This document shows, in pieces, positions 19,687 to 28,592 of a stretch of 64,000 nt of DNA. The notes under the pieces are model-generated. The model searched no databases. It saw only the letters and a list, made by a program, of their open reading frames with translations, and was not told where the DNA came from. This DNA is from a virus. The stretch covers positions 5,850 through 69,849 of IMG/VR virus record IMGVR_UViG_3300044797_000308. One strand, 5' to 3'. Each line of letters starts with the position of its first letter. Within the stretch, counting starts at the first letter, position 1. The translations under genes were made by a program, and so were the position numbers.

Positions 19687-20958
19687 ATGAGAAGCGATAT
19701 TTTTAGTGAATTTGTCAAAATAGCCCAACAGAAGGGACTTATTTCTCAAGGTGAGCACGCCGAGCATACGGAAAAAGACTTTCACGAGACTAACCCTCGA
19801 ATGGATTCTTTGTCTATTGAGCAAATTGGTAAGCTATACGATACCAAACCAGCTCCTCCTAAGGATATGGACTATAAGAATAATATTATGGAAATCGCTC
19901 ATCCTAAGCCCTTGGTGATTTCTCCTTCTTATGATCGACTCAACGGCCTAATCGAGAACGAAATAGAAGGCCAAAATATTCGTATTCATATTTCTCTGAA
20001 AGAGCCAGATGGTCATTTGACCAATCGTAAATATGCAGAGAAGCAATTACTACTTTCCTTGGTTAGAACCGCTAACCAATTGGATAGTCTGCAACAAGAC
20101 GAGCTATGTAAACTAGCCGATGTTTGCCTCCTTCAAGCCTCTAAAAAAAAAGCCTTCCATAAGGTAGCCCTAGTTCCCTTGCTCATTGGAATTGCAGCAG
20201 CCGTAGCTGCTTTGTATGCTAAACAGCATTTAGCTTTTCACAGCGATGGTTTCGAGGCCGACTTTCAGAAGGCTACCAATGAAATTAACGATCTGCTCAA
20301 CTCAGCCAACAGCATCCAAACCACCATTGGAGCTGGCTACGAGTACACCCCAGCTTTTTTGCAAATGGTCAATCAACTCAATGTGGAATTGAACAAATTG
20401 CACGCAGGAGTGGAGAAGGTATTGCCGGTGTTGCAGAAATTGGAGACCCCACGTACCGGTCAAGAATTGAAGGAACTAGCGCAACAACCAGAAACTATGG
20501 AAGTGCAAAACACTTTGGCAGAGTTCAAGGCTGTTTTCGATGAAGTCAGCCCTTTTATTATGACCGTTATCAATAATTTCAACAATGAGGGTTTCAAGCA
20601 ACGTGCCATTGCTCAAAAAGGGGTACTTTCCTCTATGGTGGATTCTGTGGAAGTTCTTCACGGTGGTATGGGATTGATTGCCGATGATTTTGACGATGTC
20701 AAGCATGCTTTGCAGACCTTACAGAAGGATATTAAGAATATTTCCGATAGTTTACAGTCTTATCAAAGCGTTAAGCAGCAAGTAATCCAAACTTTGACGG
20801 CTGCCCAAGCCAATTCTTCCGAAGTTTTCTCTCCACCTACTTCCGGCACTTCCCCATTAGCAGAGGTAGCCCCAGAGAACGCTCCCCCAGCTGCTCCGGA
20901 AGAGGATGTCACTGGTTTGAGTGATATTGATAAAGAATTTGGCAAGCTCGGATTATAA
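19687..20958 (+). CDS. Putative ejection protein, paralog of 14907
   Basis: FVKIAQQKGLI and EIAHP motifs; FHKVA followed directly by LVPLLIGIAAAVAALYA; coiled coil; start behind GAGGA. Confidence 0.6.
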   Translation: MRSDIFSEFVKIAQQKGLISQGEHAEHTEKDFHETNPRMDSLSIEQIGKLYDTKPAPPKDMDYKNNIMEIAHPKPLVISPSYDRLNGLIENEIEGQNIRIHISLKEPDGHLTNRKYAEKQLLLSLVRTANQLDSLQQDELCKLADVCLLQASKKKAFHKVALVPLLIGIAAAVAALYAKQHLAFHSDGFEADFQKATNEINDLLNSANSIQTTIGAGYEYTPAFLQMVNQLNVELNKLHAGVEKVLPVLQKLETPRTGQELKELAQQPETMEVQNTLAEFKAVFDEVSPFIMTVINNFNNEGFKQRAIAQKGVLSSMVDSVEVLHGGMGLIADDFDDVKHALQTLQKDIKNISDSLQSYQSVKQQVIQTLTAAQANSSEVFSPPTSGTSPLAEVAPENAPPAAPEEDVTGLSDIDKEFGKLGL

Positions 20959-20974
20959 TTTTCTCAAATCTGGT

Positions 20975-20988
20975 AATATCTCTTCATA
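20975..20988 (+). promoter_or_regulatory. Putative late promoter AATA-N6-CATA
   Basis: AATAtctcttCATA, intergenic. Confidence 0.6.
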
Positions 20989-21063
20989 TGTATATCGTAA
21001 GTTAAGGTGTAAGTCTTTATGTTGCAGACTTTTATGTCTCAACAGAATATAAGGAAAATTCAA

Positions 21064-21867
21064 ATGGCTCTAAAACTTTTGCAACCAGGCATTCAGCCTC
21101 TCGGTCAATTCGACGGTCTTGACATCGATGTTCTCACCCTCAAAGGCGGTGAAGTTGTTTCTTTCGGCGCTGTAGTAACTTCTGGTCAGCCAGGTGTCAC
21201 CACCTCCGGTCTTGATCACGCTGCTTACGATGTCTTCGATGGTTACGTCAATGTACTTGGTACTTTCTATCGTCCAGCTGTTACCAGACTTTGGAACGCT
21301 ACTCTTTCTACTCTTTCTTCTACTGGCACCACTCGTCCACTAATGCTTTCTGATGAAGGTATCCTTGGATACGGCACCCTCTTCGGAGCTGTCGTCGGTG
21401 GAACTGTCGGTCAGCAAGTCAACGGTCCAACCACCTTTACCGGTGCGGTTCTCGGACCTCACACTGCTACCGGCTCTGGCAAGTGCACTTGCTGGGATAA
21501 GCCAGGTCTCTATGCCGTCTCCCTAGACGCTGTGGATACCACTGTTGCTACTGGTTTGGTTCCAACCAACACCACTAACGGCTTGACTGTTGGATCTCCA
21601 TTGAGCTTTACCGCAGCTACCGCTGTTGGTAACGGTACTGGTGGTCTTTTGACCCCAAACCTTACTGGTAACACCAATGTTATTGGCGGTACTGGTGGTT
21701 CTGGCCCAACTGTTGGTCACTTTGTTGAGTTCAACACCAACCAATCCTTGGTAACTACACCTAACTATTTGGTCGCCGCACTTAATAGCCCAAGTGGAAA
21801 CGTCTCTTCTGTTGGCCCACGTGCCTTCCAGTTTGCGACTATCTACTTTGCTCCTCCAACCACCTAA
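21064..21867 (+). CDS. Putative major capsid decoration protein
   Basis: Strongly biased codon usage like the capsid gene, RBS AAGGAA, located just upstream of the capsid gene, Thr/Gly beta-rich, TGSGKCTCW motif. Confidence 0.65.
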   Translation: MALKLLQPGIQPLGQFDGLDIDVLTLKGGEVVSFGAVVTSGQPGVTTSGLDHAAYDVFDGYVNVLGTFYRPAVTRLWNATLSTLSSTGTTRPLMLSDEGILGYGTLFGAVVGGTVGQQVNGPTTFTGAVLGPHTATGSGKCTCWDKPGLYAVSLDAVDTTVATGLVPTNTTNGLTVGSPLSFTAATAVGNGTGGLLTPNLTGNTNVIGGTGGSGPTVGHFVEFNTNQSLVTTPNYLVAALNSPSGNVSSVGPRAFQFATIYFAPPTT

Positions 21868-21897
21868 TAACTAAATAGTTTTAGATAGTATACGAAT

Positions 21898-21930
21898 AAT
21901 GACTAAATCAGAAATGGTTTGGTCATTTTT
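21898..21930 (+). terminator. Rho-independent terminator
   Basis: AATGACTAAATCA-GAAA-TGGTTTGGTCATT stem (with G-U pairs) and T run. Confidence 0.75.
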
Positions 21931-21985
21931 CATTGGTGCTATATCAATATTTTGGAATATTATAAATTGAATTAGGGAGGGAAAT

Positions 21986-22921
21986 ATGGCATCAGATATC
22001 AACGGAACAGTCGAGGGAATTCAAGGTAATGCAGTAGAGGCTGGAACTCTTGGTTCCACCGAAGACGGTTATGTGCTAACTTGGGTAAATGCTAATAGCG
22101 AATGGCAACCATTACCAGTCACAGTTCCAACATCCGGTTTGACAACTGATTATTTCACTTCCAGCGGCACTTGGACTTGCCCCGCTGGCATTACTAATGT
22201 ATTGGTAATCGGTGCTGGGGGAGGCGGTGGTGGTGCTGGAGGTGGGAGTCAAGCTAATGGTACTGGCGCTGGAGGTGGCGGAGGTGGATCACTTCAACAA
22301 ACATCATATATGTTGGTTACTCCGGGAAACGAATACACTATAACTATTGGTGCTGGTGGTTCGGGTGGATCTGGTGGTAGTCATTTTGGAAATAGTGGAG
22401 ATGATGGTACTGCAACTACTATTGTTTATAGTTCGACAACTTTATTTTATGCTCTTGGCGGTGGTGGGGCTGGTGGCAATGCAGATGGGGGCGAAAGCAT
22501 AATATTTGTTTGTGGTACTTCTTATGCCAATAATCAATCGCAAAATAATGGATGGGTTGGGTATTATAGCGGTTCTGTAGTAACCTTACCATCTATGCCA
22601 GGATTTGGTGGAAATGGTATAGAATCAAATGGAACTGGATCACAGTCTGGAATGCAAAATTATGTGGGTGGATTTTCTGGTGGCTCTGCTGGCGCTAATG
22701 CTACGGGAGTGAGTGCTGGTGGAGGGGGCGGGGGTGGTGCTGGGCCACAAGGAGCTGGTGGAAATGGTGGTAACGGTTCCACAGGTGGTGCTGGTAGTGC
22801 CGGCTCAAATGGCGGAAGCAATACTGCTGCTGGTGGTGGTGGAGGAGGATCTGGTAATGATAACGGCAATGGTGGAGCTGGTGGTAACGGTGGTTCAGGC
22901 TATCTTTACATTATCTACTAA
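21986..22921 (+). CDS. Glycine-rich domain virion fibre-like protein
   Basis: FTSSGTWTCPAGITNVLVIGAGGGGGG...GGSGYLYIIY, the typical phage glycine-rich domain; RBS AGGGAGG. Confidence 0.8.
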   Translation: MASDINGTVEGIQGNAVEAGTLGSTEDGYVLTWVNANSEWQPLPVTVPTSGLTTDYFTSSGTWTCPAGITNVLVIGAGGGGGGAGGGSQANGTGAGGGGGGSLQQTSYMLVTPGNEYTITIGAGGSGGSGGSHFGNSGDDGTATTIVYSSTTLFYALGGGGAGGNADGGESIIFVCGTSYANNQSQNNGWVGYYSGSVVTLPSMPGFGGNGIESNGTGSQSGMQNYVGGFSGGSAGANATGVSAGGGGGGGAGPQGAGGNGGNGSTGGAGSAGSNGGSNTAAGGGGGGSGNDNGNGGAGGNGGSGYLYIIY

Positions 22922-24064
22922 TTTGCTTTTCTGAAAGTCTTGAACTCGTCTTATCCAAGCTTGAAACTCGGGTAGGGCGAGTTTGCTTTTAGTATGATTG
23001 CAGTAATAGCAACACGGCACCACATTGTTTTTGTTATGCGGTTGTGATCGATCTATACGATCAATGCCGTTGTAAATATATTCTCCGTTTTGCTTGGCTT
23101 TATCGGAGGATTTTTTATCAGTTTTGGCACGATTGAAAGTATTATTTGGCTTGCCATTGCAGTAAAAACAGCTCATTTGAGAAATAGAATAATATTCTTC
23201 TACTGACATATCAGTATCGTTTTTGTGATTGTAAAAAACGCACTTAATTGATGTGGCTAATGAGCCATTTTCTGGAAACAGTATTTGAGGTATAATGAGC
23301 GGATGAAAGTCAGTAATAGTTAGTCGTAATATCCATTCTAAAAAATCTTTTTGTGTTCTATCACTTTTAGCCCTATTACAAATTGGGCAACATGCTACTA
23401 CATTATCTATGGTATGTGATTTGGTGTTATCTACACGATCCATACCGTTGTAAATAAATAATCCCTCTGCCTCTGATTTTTTAGAACTATAAGTTGATGT
23501 TGCGGCAAAAAAGTTGTATTTAGTATTTGGTTCTATTCCACAATAAAAACAATTTTGTTGTGAAACATTCATAAATTGCTCGAATGAAATAGTATTTTCA
23601 TCACGATATAAATAAGTATTTTGCCAAACTCTACGAGCAGAGGCGATATGAGGTTCGTTTTTTCTTCTGCCAGCAATAAGTTTATCAGATTTTGTTTTGC
23701 TAATTTCTATTTTGAGACATCCGCAAGATTTGGTATTATCATTTGCTAATTTATAGGATGAAACCTCTACATATTCACCACAATCACATAAGCACGACCA
23801 TTTGTTATCCTTGTATATAATAGTAGTTAGGCGCCCGAATTTTTGACCAGCCGATAAGGTAGTTCTGCCTTCTTTTACTATACATCCACACGATTGAACA
23901 GTTCCCCTATTGAGATGAACTGTGGCTACAATTTTTATTTTTCCACAATTACATAAACACTCCCATGCTCCATATTCTCGTTTTTTCCCAACAATATTAG
24001 GGGCTTTTTTAATGACGGTAAGGCGACCGAATGTTTGTCCGATCAAATCGTATTTTATAGACAT
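22895..24064 (-). mobile_element. HNH-type (His-Me finger) endonuclease with duplicated nuclease domain
   Basis: Two GQ.FGRLT..W.C.C.CG...SCGC repeats, then two CFYC...YNG.DR.D....H...NVV.CC..CN..K domains. Confidence 0.82.
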
Positions 24065-24154
24065 TTTATCTCCGAATGGTGCATACTATTATATATCGTG
24101 ATATGCACGGCGTTTGCATAAAAGAAAATAGTAATAATTTCATATCTATTCATC

Positions 24155-24188
24155 GCACGATTACTCGTGTGGCTGACATTTAGTCGGC
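24155..24188 (+). promoter_or_regulatory. Two small 5'-UTR hairpins before the capsid gene
   Basis: GCACGA-ttac-TCGTGT and GCTGAC-attta-GTCGGC, downstream of a variant late-promoter motif at 24133. Confidence 0.45.
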
Positions 24189-24221
24189 AAATTATTCTAA
24201 TAATAGATGTGGAGATAACAT

Positions 24222-25235
24222 ATGAATATGTTCAACGATAAAGGACAAGTAAATGGCTCTTCTTTTAGAGACACTTTACAGCAACTAGTTCGCTACGCTG
24301 CAATTCTTGAAGAGAATGTCCCAGCAAACCAAGGTCTCGCTGGTCAACCTGCCTTGTCTGACGACAAGAGAGATGAGCTTATCACCAGAGCAATTCAAAC
24401 ACAAGATGGTAAAATCGCTTTGGCCCAAGCAATGGCCAATCCGATTCGCAGAAATCTCGATTACCATGGTATCGCTCGTCGTGCCCTAGTAGTTGATCCA
24501 TTGCCACAAGGTGCAATGCCAACTTACGATAGAGATATCGATGTTGCCGCTGTTGTTATTTCTAGCAACGGTACTGGCCCAGAGTCCAGAGTATTCGGTG
24601 ACAGAGTAGTTGTTCCTGAATTCGAAGTCTACGCTAACCCAACCGTTAGAATCGCAGAAGTTAAGCGTCGTAGATTCAACGTTATCGACAGAGCTGTCCA
24701 GAAGGCTCGTCAAGAAATCATGGCCCAAGAAGATGCCAACATCTTCGCAGCCTTGGATGCCGCAGCTTCTGTGGAAAACACTCTCACTGACATCGCAGAT
24801 GCCGGTCTTCTCAAGAGAGACTTGGTCGAGATCAAGCAACAAATTGATCGTTGGGACTTAGTGACTACTAAGTACTTCATGAACATCAATGAGTTCACTG
24901 ATATCTTGAAGTGGGGCTCCGGTGGTGGACAAGGCGTGGGTGGTGGTGATTTCGATCCAGTAACCATGCGTGAAGTTCTACAAACTGGTTTGTATGCTCA
25001 TATCTGGGGAACTGACATTATGGTCAGCAAGATTGTGCCTCCCGGTACGATCTACGGTGTGGCAGACCCTGAGTTCGTAGGAGTCATGCCAATTAGACAA
25101 GACATCGAAGTACTTCCTGCTGATGAACCAAAGCAACTCAAGTTGGGTTGGGTTATTTCTGAGATTATCGGAATTGCTATAGTGAACCCTCGCGGATGCG
25201 CTGCGGGCCGTAAATCAGTAATCATCGGTGCATAA
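24222..25235 (+). CDS. Major capsid protein (HK97 fold)
   Basis: 337 aa; ALAQAMANPIRRNLDY.GIARRALVVDPLPQG, FNVIDRAVQKARQEIMAQED, C-terminal E.IG.AIVNPRG; strong RBS, biased codons, terminator follows. Confidence 0.88.
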   Translation: MNMFNDKGQVNGSSFRDTLQQLVRYAAILEENVPANQGLAGQPALSDDKRDELITRAIQTQDGKIALAQAMANPIRRNLDYHGIARRALVVDPLPQGAMPTYDRDIDVAAVVISSNGTGPESRVFGDRVVVPEFEVYANPTVRIAEVKRRRFNVIDRAVQKARQEIMAQEDANIFAALDAAASVENTLTDIADAGLLKRDLVEIKQQIDRWDLVTTKYFMNINEFTDILKWGSGGGQGVGGGDFDPVTMREVLQTGLYAHIWGTDIMVSKIVPPGTIYGVADPEFVGVMPIRQDIEVLPADEPKQLKLGWVISEIIGIAIVNPRGCAAGRKSVIIGA

Positions 25236-25261
25236 TAAGTCGTAACTAAATAAAGATACAG

Positions 25262-25291
25262 AAGAAGCTCATAGGAAACTATGAGCTTTTT
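25262..25291 (+). terminator. Rho-independent terminator after capsid gene
   Basis: AGAAGCTCATAG-GAAA-CTATGAGCTTTT plus T run. Confidence 0.85.
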
Positions 25292-25328
25292 CGCTTTTGT
25301 AGGGTGCCACTTTTTTGACATATCCAGT

Positions 25329-25898
25329 ATGGATCCCAAAAAACTCCGCAAACAGTATATGCAGGTGGTGCCCAAGTTGAAGCACGCCATGCAATATGTG
25401 CAATCGCAATTATCTGATTTGCCACCTTCCGATTTTGAGTTGCAAACCAACATCAAGCCCTACCCCAGCGTCAAACGCAAGATGGAGGCCGATCGTGTCA
25501 AGGATCCAGCAGAACTATCGGACTTGGTGAGGGGTCGTCTCTTTTTCTCCCCGCAATTTCAACACGAGGATGTGCTGGACATTCTGCATCAATTATTTGG
25601 CAAGAAGATTGCTAAAATTGATAAGCATATGGATCGTTCGACAGAACACGGCCTGGAATACCACGGCATTGTCCATCTTGATTTAGATTGCGATGGAGTG
25701 CATTTTGAGTTGCAACTGATGCCGCAAGAGTTCAAGCCATTCAAGGAGTTCTTGCATCAAATTTATGACAAGTTTCGCAACCCCAAATCTTTGGACAAAC
25801 TATCCGATAAGCAAAAGACATTCTTGCGCAAAACTCATAATAATCTATATAAAAAGATCAACCAACAAGCCCATACTAATAGAGCAAGCGATCTCTGA
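25329..25898 (+). CDS. RelA/SpoT-like (small alarmone synthetase fold) nucleotidyltransferase
   Basis: Ordered motifs IKPYPSVKRK, DLVRGR, YHGIVH, FELQL, HQIY; start moved to ATG 25329 (beyond the terminator). Confidence 0.7.
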   Translation: MDPKKLRKQYMQVVPKLKHAMQYVQSQLSDLPPSDFELQTNIKPYPSVKRKMEADRVKDPAELSDLVRGRLFFSPQFQHEDVLDILHQLFGKKIAKIDKHMDRSTEHGLEYHGIVHLDLDCDGVHFELQLMPQEFKPFKEFLHQIYDKFRNPKSLDKLSDKQKTFLRKTHNNLYKKINQQAHTNRASDL

Positions 25899-27111
25899 TA
25901 AACTGAATAAGTTTTCCTTTACTATTTTGCTTATGATTGCGTAAGATTTCGGCATAACAAGCGTCCAAAGCTTTTTTGATTTTGGGGCCCGGTGCCATTC
26001 CAATAGCTAACAGATCATCTCCATTGATTTCCATTTCTCTACGAGCATATACCACTTCCTCTTGGTGGATCTCCAACCATTCTTGGATGGGCTGGCCCAT
26101 GGCCTCGCACAACTTTATAAATTGTTCCAAGGTAGAGGGGCAGTCGTCTATGGATCGGTTCTTGATAATGCTCATAATGGACTTGTAGGGTTCGGAACCG
26201 ACCTTCCGCTTGGCGTGTAGGTATCGGCCAAACAACTCTTGCAGCAACATAATTTTCTTGATCTCTCGACCGGAAAACTTCAAGTTATTCAATTCTTGCT
26301 CCACCATGATCATTGGGTGATGAATATACAGACAAGCTATCCTAGTTTCTAACTCTCCCGACCAAGGAAAGGCTCCTGCTGAAGGATGGTAATTCAATAT
26401 GGGAGAAGCTATTTTGAGTGCTCCCGAAGAAGACAAGATGCGCAAGCCTATATCTGGGTTGCTGGCCATCAAAGTTTTGCATAATTCATCACGCATGCGT
26501 TCTTTAGAAACTTTTTGGAGCGTTTCTAGGCTGAGAGTCATACCCCTGAAAGTATCTGGATCGATGACATAGTTGAAACGAGCTGCAAAGCGGGCCACTC
26601 GCATAATACGCAATCCGTCTTCTTGAAATCTGGCGGTAGCATTCCCTACCGTTTTGATCAAGCCAGTCTGGAGATCATCCATACCGTGAAAGGGATCGAA
26701 AATACGCTCCGTCATAGGATTGTAGGCTATGGCATTGATGGTCAAGTCACGGCGAGCTAAATCTTGTTCTACATTTGCCACAAACAAAACAGTATCCGGC
26801 CTGCGACCGTCTGAATATTCTCCTTCAATACGGAAGGTAGTCACCTCAAACTGATTTTCTGTGCCTTCTCCCATACAGACGGTGACCGTTCCGTGTTGCA
26901 AGCCAGTGGGAATGGTTTTGGGGAATAGTTGGATAACAGTTTCAGGATGGGCATCGGAAGTGATATCCCAATCCTTGGGTTTCTGCCCCAACAGAAGGTC
27001 TCGCACACAACCGCCCACAATAAAAGCCTGGTATCCGTTCTTATGGAGGGTGTGGCAGACCTCTATGGCAGAGGGGTGGATTAGGTGTGGGGAGATGGCT
27101 AATTTTTGCAT
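25876..27111 (-). CDS. cca: CCA tRNA nucleotidyltransferase (class II)
   Basis: VGGCVRDLLLG..PKDWDI, EVTTFR, DLARRDLTINA, RFQEDGLRIMR..RF, VSKER..EL.K. Confidence 0.92.
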   Translation of the reverse strand: MQKLAISPHLIHPSAIEVCHTLHKNGYQAFIVGGCVRDLLLGQKPKDWDITSDAHPETVIQLFPKTIPTGLQHGTVTVCMGEGTENQFEVTTFRIEGEYSDGRRPDTVLFVANVEQDLARRDLTINAIAYNPMTERIFDPFHGMDDLQTGLIKTVGNATARFQEDGLRIMRVARFAARFNYVIDPDTFRGMTLSLETLQKVSKERMRDELCKTLMASNPDIGLRILSSSGALKIASPILNYHPSAGAFPWSGELETRIACLYIHHPMIMVEQELNNLKFSGREIKKIMLLQELFGRYLHAKRKVGSEPYKSIMSIIKNRSIDDCPSTLEQFIKLCEAMGQPIQEWLEIHQEEVVYARREMEINGDDLLAIGMAPGPKIKKALDACYAEILRNHKQNSKGKLIQFIRDRLLY

Positions 27112-27119
27112 AATGTCTC

Positions 27120-27147
27120 AACCTAAATTATAAAAATTACTTGTCAA
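27120..27147 (-). promoter_or_regulatory. Possible sigma70-type promoter for cca
   Basis: Minus strand TTGACA-N16-TAGGTT just upstream of the start. Confidence 0.4.
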
Positions 27148-27210
27148 GGGCTTGGGCGTATAATAAAGTGGTATAATGATTAGGGTATCACCAATAGGTA
27201 TAGGAATATA

Positions 27211-27918
27211 ATGTTATTAGAAGCTTCCGAGCTGTACAATTTGATTTCTAGGGGTTCCGAGCATGTTCCTGCTAGGAAACAGGCTAGATTACTAAGAAAA
27301 GTAGCCCTCTCTTCTTTGATCCCCAATTCAGGATTTAAGAAAGTAGCTTTTGACACTCGTTTTATTGATCAAGAGACAGAATTTAATCCACGTAGAGGTT
27401 TACAGAATTATAATCGTAGTGAAGCATTTATTACAGAAGCTATCTCTCAAAAAGTAAAAAGTTTTGCTAAGCTGCGTAAGGTGCTCAATGAGTTGAAAGA
27501 AACTTATGGCAAAGAGCATGAGTGGCAAGACAGTAACGCTCGTGTGTTACTTTCCACCATAGATAATGGTTTGCGCACTATTGCCCAAGATGAAAATTTT
27601 TCTACCAATCAACCAGGGGTGGGCAGTTTTGATTATATCGAAGAGTTATTGAATGTTAGATATCGTTTGACTTTTGATAATCTTACTAAAATGGGAGAAA
27701 CCGACCTCAAAAGAGTTATATTAGCTAAGGATGAGGAATTGATCCGTAAGGATGTCAAGCAAGCCTTGGAGATTACCAAACACGATGTAGCTACAAAAGG
27801 CTATGACACCTTGATGGAAAAATTATTCACTATTAGTGCCCCTACGGAGGGACAGCGCACGGTAGAGCGTAGCATAACGATTGTCATTAGAGATAGTTTT
27901 CCCGACCAGAAAGAGTAA
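27211..27918 (+). CDS. Hypothetical protein, putative head-internal protein
   Basis: 235 aa; LRKVAL and FKKVAF sites; variant late motif AATAaagtggTATA at 27162. Confidence 0.7.
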   Translation: MLLEASELYNLISRGSEHVPARKQARLLRKVALSSLIPNSGFKKVAFDTRFIDQETEFNPRRGLQNYNRSEAFITEAISQKVKSFAKLRKVLNELKETYGKEHEWQDSNARVLLSTIDNGLRTIAQDENFSTNQPGVGSFDYIEELLNVRYRLTFDNLTKMGETDLKRVILAKDEELIRKDVKQALEITKHDVATKGYDTLMEKLFTISAPTEGQRTVERSITIVIRDSFPDQKE

Positions 27919-27953
27919 TTTATGATAGTTAGCTTTGAGATAGGAAGTATATA

Positions 27954-28589
27954 ATGGGAATGAAATTTTGTAAAAAATGCGGGATAATAAAGGACATAAC
28001 AGAATTTTATAGAAGCTCGAAAAAACGTGATGGACATGCTTCTGCCTGCAAAAAATGTCAAAATGCGGTAAATAAAGCGTATAAAATAAAGAATGAAGAA
28101 AAAATTATGACTTATCAAGAAAATTATAGAAAAGAACATAAGGAAAAGATGAGTTCTTATTTTAAAGAGCGCTACGAGGCAACGAGAGACGAACAATTGG
28201 AATATAGAAAACAGCATTATGCTAGCAACAAAGAGCAATATGCTAAATCGGCTAAAAATTATTATATCAGTAATAAAGAGACAATACTAAATAGTGTTAA
28301 AGCGTGGGCCAAAATAATAAAAAATAAAAGAAATGAGTATAAGAGACGTAGAAGGGCGTTAAAACGTAATTCTATTGTTGAAAATTTTTCATTAGAAGAG
28401 GTGTTTAATAAATATGGTAATCAATGTTTTTATTGTAAGATGAAAAATTTTGAGCACCTAGATCATTTTGTTCCATTATCTAAGGGTGGCGCCCACACAT
28501 TGGAAAATGTCAGGCCGTCGTGTGCAGAGTGTAATATGAAAAAACATACACTTATGCCAGATGAGTTTTATTTAAGATACGGAAAGTAA
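27954..28589 (+). mobile_element. HNH homing endonuclease
   Basis: N-terminal CKKC...CKKC; C-terminal CFYC...HLDHFVPLSKGGAHTLENVRPSCAECN. Confidence 0.9.
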
Positions 28590-28592
28590 ATT

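Noticed and set aside
21986-22921. Collagen-like repeat
   Set aside because: Gly runs are not strict Gly-X-Y; it matches the ordinary phage glycine-rich domain.
25020-25235. Apparent codon-usage shift at the 3' end of the capsid gene (possible endonuclease co-conversion tract)
   Set aside because: Impression by eye only; cannot be quantified without computation or homologs.
25876-27111. Host assignment from the CCA enzyme (it resembles deltaproteobacterial or myxobacterial sequences from memory)
   Set aside because: Cannot be supported without a database search and phylogeny.
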